From an uncultured Bacilli bacterium (GTDB lineage: Bacteria; Bacillota_I; Bacilli_A; RF39; UBA660), in the NCBI GenBank assembly GCA_934167695.1, contig CAKPLP010000001.1, positions 31,806-95,805 of the forward strand: a DNA stretch of 64,000 bases. Reading direction: 5' to 3'. This document shows positions 38,210 to 47,902 of the stretch, piece by piece. The position numbers and the translations under genes are program-made. Below the pieces are notes generated by a model. The model searched no databases and was not told the DNA's origin. It saw only the letters and a program-made list of their open reading frames with translations. Every line of letters starts with the position of its first letter. The first letter of the stretch is position 1.

Positions 38210-39001
38210 TTAAACACCTACACTCATAGTTTCAGGTAAAGTAGATCCTCCATCAATTACAATACCTTGTCCTGTGATATAAGTTGATTCATCACTTGCT
38301 AAAAAAGCAGCCAATTCACCAAGTTCCTCTATAGTACCAAGTCTTTTCATAGGAATACCAGCAGCAATACCTTCTATTACACTGTTAGGATTACTTGCAT
38401 TAGAATCTTTTGCAATACCATCAACCATAGGAGTCATAATATATCCAGGCATAATAGCATTTACTGTAATATTATTATTAACAAGCTCCATTGCTAAACT
38501 TTTAGTAAAGCCAAGAATAGCCGCTTTAGTAGTAGCATAAGCAACTTCACCACTATCTGCAACAACTACTCCAGTAACACTAGATAAATTTACAATACGA
38601 CCATAATTATTTTTAATCATATAAGGAACAACAACCTGACTCATATTCCAAGTACCCTTAATATTTATATCAAAATGATTATCTCTGACAGTTTGAGGCA
38701 TATCAACAAATTTTCCAAGTTTACAAATACCAGCATTATTAACTAATATATCAATTTTTCCTTTCTTATTTACAACATCCTGAACAATATTTTGTAATAC
38801 ACTTTCATCTCTAATATCAGCTTTATATCCTAAAACTTTAGGATTATTTAATTCCTGAATAGTTTTATTTACCTCATCAGAATAATCAATAATAACAACA
38901 TCGGCACCATACTTCAAAAAAGTTTTAACAACCCCTAAACCATTTCCCATAGCACCTCCAGTTACAATAGCAACCTTTCCATCTAATTTCAAATATATCA
39001 C
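38210..39001 (-). CDS. SDR-family oxidoreductase
   Basis: A TGGAMGNGLG Rossmann motif and the NNAG and YxxxK (YATTKAA) motifs. Confidence 0.75.
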   Translation of the reverse strand: MIYLKLDGKVAIVTGGAMGNGLGVVKTFLKYGADVVIIDYSDEVNKTIQELNNPKVLGYKADIRDESVLQNIVQDVVNKKGKIDILVNNAGICKLGKFVDMPQTVRDNHFDINIKGTWNMSQVVVPYMIKNNYGRIVNLSSVTGVVVADSGEVAYATTKAAILGFTKSLAMELVNNNITVNAIMPGYIMTPMVDGIAKDSNASNPNSVIEGIAAGIPMKRLGTIEELGELAAFLASDESTYITGQGIVIDGGSTLPETMSVGV

Positions 39002-39085
39002 ACCTTTCCTATTATTTAGTTAATAATAGTATACCACCTATTTAAAATATTTAAACAAAATAAATTTTTTCAAAAAATAAAGAAT

Positions 39086-39115
39086 AATAGACAAAATTAC
39101 TATTTTAGTGTATAA
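39086..39115 (+). promoter_or_regulatory. promoter of rnjA (TAGACA-17-TGtTATAAT, extended -10)
   Basis: Read directly from the sequence, ~55 nt upstream of the ATG. Confidence 0.4.
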
Positions 39116-39169
39116 TGTAGAAAGTTAGTTCTTTTATGTAAAAACTGAACAATTTAGAAAGGAGATAAA

Positions 39170-40867
39170 ATGGAAAAACAAAAGCCTAATGGAACAAAAG
39201 TAATTGTTTTAGGCGGTTTAGGAGAAGTCGGAAAAAATATGTATTGTATAATGCATAATGACAATATTGTAATTATTGATGCGGGTGTCAGTTTTCCAGA
39301 AAGTGAATTATTAGGAATAGATTATGTCCTACCAGATTTTACATTTTTAAAAGAAAATCAAGACAAAATAAAAGCATTATTAATAACACATGGACATGAA
39401 GATCATATAGGAGGTATTCCTTTTCTATTACAAAGTATTAATATACCAGCTATATATGCACCACGTCATGCTAAAGAATTAATCGCAGTTAAATTAGCAG
39501 ATAAAAATATTAGATATGATAATTTATTTGCATATACAGAAGATACCAAATTAAAATTTGGAGATATTGAAGTAGAATTCTTTAGAACTACACACTCAAT
39601 ACCAGATTCACATGGTATTTCTATAACAACTCCAGATGGAAGAGTTGTAACAACAGGTGACTTTAAATTCGACTTAACTCCAATAGGTCCAGTAGCCGAT
39701 TTATATAAAATGGCAAAAATAGGACACGAAGGAGTAGATTTACTAATTAGTGATTCTACTAACGCCTTAAACGAAGGATTTTCAACAAGTGAATCTAAAG
39801 TAGATGATGCTTTAGGAGAGATGTTTGATACATATCCTCAAGAAAGAATAATTATTGCAACATTTGCATCTAACATATATCGTGTAAAACATATCTTTGA
39901 AACATGTTATAAACATAACAGAAAAATATGTGTATTCGGAAGAAGTATGGAAAATAATATTAAAATTTCTATAGATGGAGGATACATAGATCATAAAGAA
40001 TTATTAATAAATGCAGATGAGGTAAATAATTATAAACCGGGAGAAGTTGCAATACTATGTACAGGTTCTCAAGGAGAACCATTAGCTGCACTTTCACGTA
40101 TGTCAAATGGAACTCATAAATATATTAAATTACGACCAGATGATATTGTAATATTTTCATCATCAGCAATTCCGGGAAATGCATTAAGTATTTCTAAAAT
40201 AATTAATAAATTATGTTTAAATGGTGTAAAAGTATATACAAATAAAGCACTAACAGATTTACATACATCTGGACATGCCAATGAAGAAGAACTAAAATTA
40301 ATGATTAGACTAATAAATCCTAAGTATTTAATGCCATTCCATGGTGATTATCGTATGTTAAAACATCATGCAGATATTGGAATTGACTGTGGTATACCTA
40401 AAGAAAATACTTTTGTAATAAAAAATGGAGATACTCTAAATCTTATAAATCATAAAATTACAAAAGGCGAAAGTATGCCGGGAGCTGACATATATGTTGA
40501 TGGAAACCGCATAGGAGAAATCGGTGGAGCCGTTATAAAAGATAGAAAAACAATGGCAAACGATGGAATATTGGTAGTCATTATAAATGTAGATATGAAA
40601 AAAAGAGAATTATTAATAAGACCAAACATTACAACACGTGGATTTGTACAAGTAAATGAAAATGAAGAACTAATAAAGAAAATAGAAATATTATCAGAAA
40701 AAATCATAAAAGAACAACTAGCTAATCCACATTCTACATTTGCAATTATAAAAAATGAATTAACATCAAAGTTAATTCCATATATAAATGAATTAACAGG
40801 AAGAAAACCAATTATCTTACCTGTAATTCTAGATATTAAAAAAGAAGCTGCTATAGAAATGAAATAG
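39170..40867 (+). CDS. rnj: ribonuclease J
   Basis: A metallo-beta-lactamase HGHEDHIGG motif, a beta-CASP region and a C-terminal domain; 565 aa. Confidence 0.85.
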   Translation: MEKQKPNGTKVIVLGGLGEVGKNMYCIMHNDNIVIIDAGVSFPESELLGIDYVLPDFTFLKENQDKIKALLITHGHEDHIGGIPFLLQSINIPAIYAPRHAKELIAVKLADKNIRYDNLFAYTEDTKLKFGDIEVEFFRTTHSIPDSHGISITTPDGRVVTTGDFKFDLTPIGPVADLYKMAKIGHEGVDLLISDSTNALNEGFSTSESKVDDALGEMFDTYPQERIIIATFASNIYRVKHIFETCYKHNRKICVFGRSMENNIKISIDGGYIDHKELLINADEVNNYKPGEVAILCTGSQGEPLAALSRMSNGTHKYIKLRPDDIVIFSSSAIPGNALSISKIINKLCLNGVKVYTNKALTDLHTSGHANEEELKLMIRLINPKYLMPFHGDYRMLKHHADIGIDCGIPKENTFVIKNGDTLNLINHKITKGESMPGADIYVDGNRIGEIGGAVIKDRKTMANDGILVVIINVDMKKRELLIRPNITTRGFVQVNENEELIKKIEILSEKIIKEQLANPHSTFAIIKNELTSKLIPYINELTGRKPIILPVILDIKKEAAIEMK

Positions 40868-40892
40868 CAGTTTTTTATTGCAAAAAAAGAAA

Positions 40893-42458
40893 CTATTTAG
40901 CTTCTTCTGTAGCTCTAGTTTCTCTTACAACAGTAATTTTAATTGTACCCGGATACTTCATAGTTGACTCAATCTTTTCTTTAACATCATGTGCTATTTT
41001 ATGAGCCATTAAATCATCAACCTGTTCTGGTTTTACTACAACTCTAAGTTCACGACCAGCTTGAAGCGCATAAGTTTTTTCAACTCCATCTATTGTATTA
41101 CCTACATCTTCAAGTTGAGATAATCTTTGAATATAATTCTCTAATGAATCATTTCTAGCCCCCGGTCTAGATGCACTTAGACTGTCTGCTATTGCAACAA
41201 TATTGGCAATAACACTATTTGCAGCGCAATCACCATGGTGAGATGCAATAGTATTAATAACTATTTCATCTTCATGGAATTTCTTAGCAATATTAACACC
41301 CAATTCAACATGACTACCTTCTATATCATGATCGATTGCTTTACCAATATCATGTAATAATCCTGCTCTTTTTGCAAGAGATACATCCTCACCAAGTTCA
41401 CTAGCAAGTACACCAGAAAGTTGTGCAACCTCCATAGAATGTTGTAAAGCATTTTGACCATAACTTGTTCTAAAATGTAATTTACCAATAATTTCAATTA
41501 AGCTAGAATCCATTTTAGTTATACCAAGCTCAAATAAAGCATCATTACCATAATCAACAATTTTCTGCTTCATTTCCTTACTAACCTTATCGTAAATTTC
41601 CTCTATCCTAGTTGGATGAATTCTTCCATCTTTAATCAATGTTTCAAGAGTTAGTCTTGCAAGTTCCCTTCTTAAAGGATCAAAACTAGATACAACAACA
41701 GCTTCAGGGGTATCATCAATAATCAAATCAACTCCACAAACAGCCTCAATAGTTCTAATATTTCTACCTTCTCTACCAATAATTCGACCCTTCATATCAT
41801 CATTTGGAAGATCAACTACAGTAACAGTCTGATCACTGGCAATATCTGCTGCATATCTCTGCATAGAAGTTACAATAATCTCTTTAGCTTTTTTATCAGC
41901 AGTTAATTTTGCTTCCTCTTCCTGTTCTTTTATATATTGTGTAACCTCTTTAGTCATATTTTTCTTCACTTCACTCATTAACATATCCTGAGCATTTTCC
42001 TTAGTCATTTCTGCAATTTTTTGAAGTAAATCTAACTGTTCATTTTTAATCTCATCCACTTTACTTTTCTCTATTTGAATTTCATTAGCTCTATCATTTA
42101 ATTTTTCTTCTTTTTCATCAAGAACAGATTCCCTTTTTTGATAAAGTTCATCTCTTTTATCCATACTAGCTTCTCTTTGTAAAATTCTATCTTCACTATT
42201 TTTTAAATCTTCTTTTTTCTCTTTTATTTCATTTAAAGCAACAGTTCTAATCTGTTCTAATTCCTTTTTTTGTTCTGCAAGAGCCTCTTTTTTCAAAATT
42301 TCTGCCTTTTCTTTTGCATCTTCTAAAAGTCGTTTAGCATTCATCATGGCTCTTTTTCTTTTCAAGTGTTCAAACAAAGTTGTTATTAAAAAACCAACAA
42401 CTAATCCAATTACTAAAAGTAAAATGGAGAATACCATATTATTCATTAACTCCTCCAT
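40893..42458 (-). CDS. rny: ribonuclease Y
   Basis: An N-terminal TM, a coiled coil, a KH domain (GRIIGREGRNIR) and an HD domain (LLHDIGK). Confidence 0.85.
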   Translation of the reverse strand: MEELMNNMVFSILLLVIGLVVGFLITTLFEHLKRKRAMMNAKRLLEDAKEKAEILKKEALAEQKKELEQIRTVALNEIKEKKEDLKNSEDRILQREASMDKRDELYQKRESVLDEKEEKLNDRANEIQIEKSKVDEIKNEQLDLLQKIAEMTKENAQDMLMSEVKKNMTKEVTQYIKEQEEEAKLTADKKAKEIIVTSMQRYAADIASDQTVTVVDLPNDDMKGRIIGREGRNIRTIEAVCGVDLIIDDTPEAVVVSSFDPLRRELARLTLETLIKDGRIHPTRIEEIYDKVSKEMKQKIVDYGNDALFELGITKMDSSLIEIIGKLHFRTSYGQNALQHSMEVAQLSGVLASELGEDVSLAKRAGLLHDIGKAIDHDIEGSHVELGVNIAKKFHEDEIVINTIASHHGDCAANSVIANIVAIADSLSASRPGARNDSLENYIQRLSQLEDVGNTIDGVEKTYALQAGRELRVVVKPEQVDDLMAHKIAHDVKEKIESTMKYPGTIKITVVRETRATEEAK

Positions 42459-42549
42459 TTCTAGAATCTATATTTAAATCATTATTTAAATCATCATCTA
42501 ATTTTATTGTAAGAGGGTTTTAACTACTTGTCAAGTTAGGATTAAAAAA

Positions 42550-43959
42550 TTAACTATCAATAAAGTAACTTTTTATAACATCATAATCACAATATGGTAT
42601 TTTTTCATCACCAACTGCCATATAATTATCTCTTCCCTTTCCTATTATTAAAACCAAATAATCATCCTTAGCAAGCGATAATGCTTTTTCTATAGCAAAA
42701 CTTCTATCAATAACTCGTTCATAATTATTTAAATTAGTAGTAGATGTAAGTTGATCTATAATTTTATTAACATCTTCATTACGAGGATCATCCATAGTAA
42801 AAATAACATAATCAACATTTTTTAAAAGCATTTCACCTATTTTTGATCTTTTTTCAACCTCTCTACCCCCTGCTGCTCCAGTTACTACAATTATTTTGCT
42901 ATAATTAAAATTCTTTAAGTTCATAATAATGTTATAGATACCATTATATGTATGAGCATAATCTAAAATTATTGTGTAATTTTGTCCAAAATCAATAAAT
43001 TCTCCTCTACCACTTACACTATCAATATCACTAATTTTCTTAATAATTGATTTTGACTGAATTCCATATAAATATGCAATAGTAAATGCAAGAGTTATAT
43101 TATATATATTATAAACACCAAATAATTTACTATTTATGATATAAGTACTATCTTTATGTATTATCATAAAATTAGTACTATTTTTTTGACAATTAATTTT
43201 ACATATTTTAAAATCAGCATTATCACTTTTTCCATATGAATATACATTATATTTACAACATTTTTTGACATTTAAATAATTACTATCATCAATATTTAGA
43301 ATTGAAATACCATTTTCTCTAACAAGAGAAAACAACTTTTTCTTTGATGAAATATAGTTTTCCAAAGTTTTATGAACATTTAAATGATCTTCTGTTATAT
43401 TAGTAAAACATACAATATCAAATTTAAAATTATCAACACGTCCATGCAAAAGTGCTTCACTTGACACTTCCATGACAACAGTTTTACATCCAAGCTCTTT
43501 TAACTTTACAAGATAATCATACATATCACATATTTCTGGTGTTGTGTTATTACTATTCCAACTTTTTCCACGATAAGTAACTCCATTAGTTCCTATATAA
43601 CAACAGTCTAAAATATTTGCAGTAATTGTCGCTGTAGTAGTTTTTCCATCAGTACCAGTTATTCCAATAAACTTAAAATCATTTTCAATATGATCATAAA
43701 AATTTGAAAGTAAATTAAATAAAGTTTTATTTATATCGTCAACTTTTATATAAATTGAATTTATATTAACATTATCATCCTCGCCAATAACTGCTATAGC
43801 TCCTTTTTCTATAGCATCATTTATGTATAAACTATGATCTACATTATAACCTTTAACTGCAACAAATAAATCACCTTTTTGAACTTTGCGAGAATCAGTT
43901 TTTATTCCTGAAATAGGAACACTATAAACACAATCTATTAATTCACATAACCTCTTCAT
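42550..43959 (-). CDS. murE: Mur ligase family protein, probably UDP-MurNAc-tripeptide synthetase MurE
   Basis: GITGTDGKTTTAT (P-loop) and DSRKVQKGDLFVAVKG at the N-terminus. I set the start to MKRLCEL so the gene does not overlap recA. Confidence 0.7.
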   Translation of the reverse strand: MKRLCELIDCVYSVPISGIKTDSRKVQKGDLFVAVKGYNVDHSLYINDAIEKGAIAVIGEDDNVNINSIYIKVDDINKTLFNLLSNFYDHIENDFKFIGITGTDGKTTTATITANILDCCYIGTNGVTYRGKSWNSNNTTPEICDMYDYLVKLKELGCKTVVMEVSSEALLHGRVDNFKFDIVCFTNITEDHLNVHKTLENYISSKKKLFSLVRENGISILNIDDSNYLNVKKCCKYNVYSYGKSDNADFKICKINCQKNSTNFMIIHKDSTYIINSKLFGVYNIYNITLAFTIAYLYGIQSKSIIKKISDIDSVSGRGEFIDFGQNYTIILDYAHTYNGIYNIIMNLKNFNYSKIIVVTGAAGGREVEKRSKIGEMLLKNVDYVIFTMDDPRNEDVNKIIDQLTSTTNLNNYERVIDRSFAIEKALSLAKDDYLVLIIGKGRDNYMAVGDEKIPYCDYDVIKSYFIDS

Positions 43960-43996
43960 ATAATAATTTATGAAAACAATAAAAAAAAGGAAACAC

Positions 43997-45028
43997 TTAT
44001 TTACCAGTTCCCTTTTTTGGCTCATCTAAACTTATTTGATAATATTCTCTAACCTTTTTCTCAATTTCATTTTTTAAATCAGGATTATCCTTTAAAAGTA
44101 ATTTAACATTTTCTTTTCCTTGTCCCAATTTTTCACCTTGATATGAATACCAAGCACCAGTTTTTTCAACAATTCCAGCTTCTACTCCAAGGTCAATAAC
44201 TTCTCCTTCTTTACTAACACCTTCACCATACATAATATCAACAACAGCAGTTTTAAAAGGAGGAGCAACCTTGTTTTTAACAACTTTAATATTTGTTTTA
44301 TTACCTACTACCCCATCACCCATTTTTAATTGTTCACTACGTCTAACTTCAAGTCTAATAGTAGAATAAAATTTTAAAGCTCTACCACCCGGAGTTGTTT
44401 CTGGATTACCAAACATAACTCCAACCTTTTCACGTAATTGATTAATAAAAATTGCTATTGTATTAGTTTTACTAATCGTACCTGATAATTTTCTTAATGC
44501 TTGACTCATCAATCTTGCTTGAAGACCTACATGAGAATCTCCCATTTCTCCATCAATTTCAGCTTGAGGAACAAGTGCTGCTACTGAGTCTATGACAACA
44601 ATACTAATAGCCTGACTTTTAACTAAAGCATCGCATATCTCCAAAGCTTGTTCACCAGTATCTGGTTGACTAAGAAGCAATTCATTAATATTGACACCCA
44701 ACTTTTGTGCATACACAGGATCAAGAGCATGCTCTGCATCAATAAAAGCTGCACGACCACCTGATTTTTGAACAGATGCAATAGCTTGTAAAGCAAAAGT
44801 TGTTTTACCACTTGATTCAGGTCCATAAATTTCAATAATTCGACCACGTGGATAACCACCAACACCTAAAGCAATATCAAGAGATAAACATCCACTTGAA
44901 ACAACATCAACCTTCATGTGTTTATTTTCTCCTAACTTCATAATTGAACCTTTTCCAAATTGTTTTTCAATATCCATTAATACTTGTTCTAGAGCTTTAT
45001 CTTTATCATTAATTTCTGTTTTTTTCAT
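43997..45028 (-). CDS. recA: recombinase RecA
   Basis: GPESSGKTT Walker A and a highly conserved RecA sequence throughout. Confidence 0.95.
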   Translation of the reverse strand: MKKTEINDKDKALEQVLMDIEKQFGKGSIMKLGENKHMKVDVVSSGCLSLDIALGVGGYPRGRIIEIYGPESSGKTTFALQAIASVQKSGGRAAFIDAEHALDPVYAQKLGVNINELLLSQPDTGEQALEICDALVKSQAISIVVIDSVAALVPQAEIDGEMGDSHVGLQARLMSQALRKLSGTISKTNTIAIFINQLREKVGVMFGNPETTPGGRALKFYSTIRLEVRRSEQLKMGDGVVGNKTNIKVVKNKVAPPFKTAVVDIMYGEGVSKEGEVIDLGVEAGIVEKTGAWYSYQGEKLGQGKENVKLLLKDNPDLKNEIEKKVREYYQISLDEPKKGTGK

Positions 45029-45095
45029 ATTATCCTCCTACAAACTCCTTACAAAATCATTGTAACTTACTATTTTAAAAAACGCAAGACTTTTT

Positions 45096-45109
45096 CGAAC
45101 ATATTTTCG
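45096..45109. promoter_or_regulatory. LexA (Cheo) box-like palindrome upstream of recA
   Basis: CGAACATATTTTCG reads CGAAAATATGTTCG in the recA orientation, a 13/14 match to the Firmicutes consensus CGAACATATGTTCG. Confidence 0.45.
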
Positions 45110-45197
45110 TCAAAAAACTTTTTTGTCTATTTTTTTATTATCAAAACAACAAAAAAAATAGTTAAATCTAAAAATTTAACTATTATAACCGCTCAAA

Positions 45198-45803
45198 TTA
45201 TAAAATTTTCTCTTCCTGTTCAAAAAACAAATTCTTATTCATTCTGTAATACTGTATACCAGAAACAATAGACATTACAGCTCCAAATAACAATAAGAAA
45301 TCAGCAACATCTATACCCAAAAGTTCAAATGGCATATTGTAAAAAAATGCAAGTACAATACCTATCATTAAAGATGCTGTTTTTAACTTACCACTCTTTA
45401 TTGCCGCAACAACAACGCCTTTACTAGCAGCCTGCATTTTAATAGCATCTACAAAAATATCACGTAAAACTATTACAACAGGAACCAAAATATTAATAAA
45501 ACCATGACATGCTAATATTATTAAAACTGAATCAACTAATATTTTATCAGCTATAGCATCAAGCATTTTACCAAGATCAGTAACTTGATTATTTTTACGA
45601 GCTAAATACCCATCAATAAAATCAGTCAAACTAGCAATTATAAACAAAATACCAGCAATAACATATTGACTTTTAATTATAATTCCATTAACTGTAAATT
45701 GGAAAAAATTAATTCCAACAGAGTAAAAAGGAAAAATCAAAAGTAAAATAATAACAAATGTTAATAATATCCTAAAAACAGTTAATTTAGTAGGTAAATT
45801 CAT
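45198..45803 (-). CDS. pgsA: CDP-diacylglycerol--glycerol-3-phosphate 3-phosphatidyltransferase
   Basis: An MNLPTKLTVFRILL start and the CDP-alcohol phosphatidyltransferase motif DGYLAR...G...D...AD. Confidence 0.8.
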   Translation of the reverse strand: MNLPTKLTVFRILLTFVIILLLIFPFYSVGINFFQFTVNGIIIKSQYVIAGILFIIASLTDFIDGYLARKNNQVTDLGKMLDAIADKILVDSVLIILACHGFINILVPVVIVLRDIFVDAIKMQAASKGVVVAAIKSGKLKTASLMIGIVLAFFYNMPFELLGIDVADFLLLFGAVMSIVSGIQYYRMNKNLFFEQEEKIL

Positions 45804-46287
45804 AATATTCCTCCAAAGAACCACTAAGTTCAGAGTTTCTGATTGGTTCTTTATTAATATTTTTAATTATTATTAATGAAATAGATATAACTATTAAAAT
45901 AGTGCCAATCCAAATTAAAATTGGCCAAATATCAATTTTTCTCTTATGAAAAGTAGTATATGGCGATCTTATTTTATTTTTTTCTTCTTTTTCTTTTTGT
46001 ATAGCCTTTTTTTGAGCTTCTTTAATATCAGAAATAGAAATTTTAGAAGTTTTTTCAAATAAAAAATCATTAAAAGTATCAATAACTAAATTAGAATCAA
46101 GTCCTAAGTATTTAGCATATATACTTACATATTCTTTTAGTTTATAAATATCTTTAAACGCCCTTGTATTGCCACTTTCTATATTTTCAAGTTGTGTTAC
46201 AGAAAGTTCCATATCATCTGCTGCTTCTTCTAAACTAACACCATTACTAATCCTAGTTCTTTTCAAATAACTGCCCAAATCTTTCAA
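45787..46287 (-). CDS. RodZ-like HTH membrane protein (YmfM homolog)
   Basis: An N-terminal HTH (LKRTRISNGVSLEEAADDM), then a TM segment. It sits upstream of pgsA as in B. subtilis ymfM-pgsA-(cinA)-recA. It has a non-ATG (TTG) start. Confidence 0.55.
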   Translation of the reverse strand: MKDLGSYLKRTRISNGVSLEEAADDMELSVTQLENIESGNTRAFKDIYKLKEYVSIYAKYLGLDSNLVIDTFNDFLFEKTSKISISDIKEAQKKAIQKEKEEKNKIRSPYTTFHKRKIDIWPILIWIGTILIVISISLIIIKNINKEPIRNSELSGSLEEYYEFTY

Positions 46288-46309
46288 AATATAACACCTC
46301 TTTATAAAC

Positions 46310-46665
46310 AAATAATATTTAATAAGCCATGTTCTGTACCTTAAAAGGTGACAAACATTTATCTACTGATTTCTCAGTCCCTAACATTGGTTCTTAATTT
46401 CCTAGTTAAAGCTCCCCTACCATAATTTGGGTTTCTCACTCGTGGAGTTTACCGCGTTTCACTTCTTAATTTCTTAAGAATTCGTCACTGTGGCACTTTA
46501 TAGGTAACAATCATATCATTGACTTAGATTATCACCTAGTCGTTAGAATTATCTACCTTAGGTTATTTTTTTCCTAAGCACGAACACTACAAACATCACA
46601 GTTTGTGTGAGCATGGACTTTCCTCAATACTCTTTAAGAGTACCGCGTTTGTCTAAAATATTATT
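46310..46665 (-). ncRNA. rnpB: RNase P RNA (type B); ends approximate
   Basis: The minus strand contains GAGGAAAGTCCATGCTCACAC (P4 5' strand), GTAGTGTTCGTGCTTAG, AAAGTGCCACAGTGACGAA, GTGAAACGCGGTAAACTCCACGAGTGAGAAACCCAAATTATGGTAGGGGAGC and ACAGAACATGGCTTA (P4 3' strand). These closely match B. subtilis RNase P RNA, and the position next to gpsB matches Bacillus synteny. Confidence 0.85.
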
Positions 46666-47026
46666 TATTATCTTCACTACTATCGGCACTATTATTATTG
46701 CCTTTGCATTCATTATAAACCATCTTTTCAAGATTAGAAAGTCTTCTCATAATATCAACATTAGTAATTTCAGGAGCCTCATTATTCTTAACAATTTCAA
46801 CATTCATTTTAGCATTCCTAAGTTCCTGTTTAAGACTCATTATTTCGGCTAAAAGATCAGTCTTCTCCTGTTCTAAACTACTAATAATATTAAAAAATTG
46901 TTCATAATCCCCAATAATAATATCAAGAAACTGGTCAACTTCTTTTAAACGATAACCTCGTGTATCTATTTTAAACTCTTTTTCCAAAATTTCTTGTGGC
47001 GTAAGTGCAATTTTATTTTGATACAT
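46661..47026 (-). CDS. gpsB: DivIVA-domain cell-cycle protein GpsB
   Basis: LTPQEILEKEFKIDTRGYRLKEVDQFLDIIIGDYE is the DivIVA/GpsB N-domain. I trimmed the start to MYQNKI. Confidence 0.7.
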   Translation of the reverse strand: MYQNKIALTPQEILEKEFKIDTRGYRLKEVDQFLDIIIGDYEQFFNIISSLEQEKTDLLAEIMSLKQELRNAKMNVEIVKNNEAPEITNVDIMRRLSNLEKMVYNECKGNNNSADSSEDNK

Positions 47027-47328
47027 ATTCTTCACCAATCCCTTTACGATATCTATTATCTCAAAAAGTAATATCTTTGTCAATTATTAGCATTTCTAAT
47101 TGTAGTAATTCTTTTTTCCAATTTAATATACTTTACATTTTCTATCATTTTATTAATTTTAAAAATTATTTCTTCACTCATATTATTCACCATTATCATT
47201 ATAATACTTAAACATAAAAAAAACAGAAATTCGACATACTTAGATAATCTTTTTACAATATAAAATAAATTAACAAAAACAGATGCAAAAATATATTATT
47301 TATAGTATAATATAGGATAGGTGATGAG

Positions 47329-47901
47329 ATGAATTATCCAAATGGTTTAAAGAAAAAAGAAACCTCTTCTAGTATAAATAAAAATTATATAAATTATGCC
47401 AATAGAGGTATGAATTTAGAAGAAGATTTAAACTTAACAAACGAATATTATAGGAAAATAGATAAAGCTTATATTTATAAAAAACCTACTCCAATAAAAA
47501 TTGTAAAGGTGGACTATCAAAAAAACAAAATAACTGAAGGATACTTTGATACCCCTTCAACTACAGATTATAATGGATTATATAAAGGAAAATATATTGA
47601 CTTTGAAGCAAAAGAAACTACATCATTAACATCATTTCCATTAAGTAATATTCACAAACATCAAATAAAGCATCTAGAAAACATTGATAAACATCATGGT
47701 ACCGCCTTTCTAATAGTAAGGTTTACTAAACGAAATGAAACCTATCTATTATTACAAAAAGACTTTAAAAGTTATATAGAATTAAATAAAAGAAAATCAA
47801 TTTCTATAAACTACTTTAAAGAGAAAGGTTATCTTATTAAAGAAAAATATACACCTAGAATAGATTATCTAGAAGTATTAGATAAAATAGGAGGAATATA
47901 A
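47329..47901 (+). CDS. recU: Holliday junction resolvase RecU
   Basis: 190 aa, with conserved RecU blocks (YANRGMNLEE...IVKVDYQ...YKGKYIDFEAKETT) and the recU-ponA operon arrangement. Confidence 0.8.
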   Translation: MNYPNGLKKKETSSSINKNYINYANRGMNLEEDLNLTNEYYRKIDKAYIYKKPTPIKIVKVDYQKNKITEGYFDTPSTTDYNGLYKGKYIDFEAKETTSLTSFPLSNIHKHQIKHLENIDKHHGTAFLIVRFTKRNETYLLLQKDFKSYIELNKRKSISINYFKEKGYLIKEKYTPRIDYLEVLDKIGGI

Positions 47902-47902
47902 A

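Noticed and set aside
46607-46852. 81-aa plus-strand ORF, and the TTG-extended start of the RodZ-like ORF, overlapping 46310..46665
   Set aside because: The region is RNase P RNA, with multiple diagnostic conserved blocks; the ORFs are spurious.
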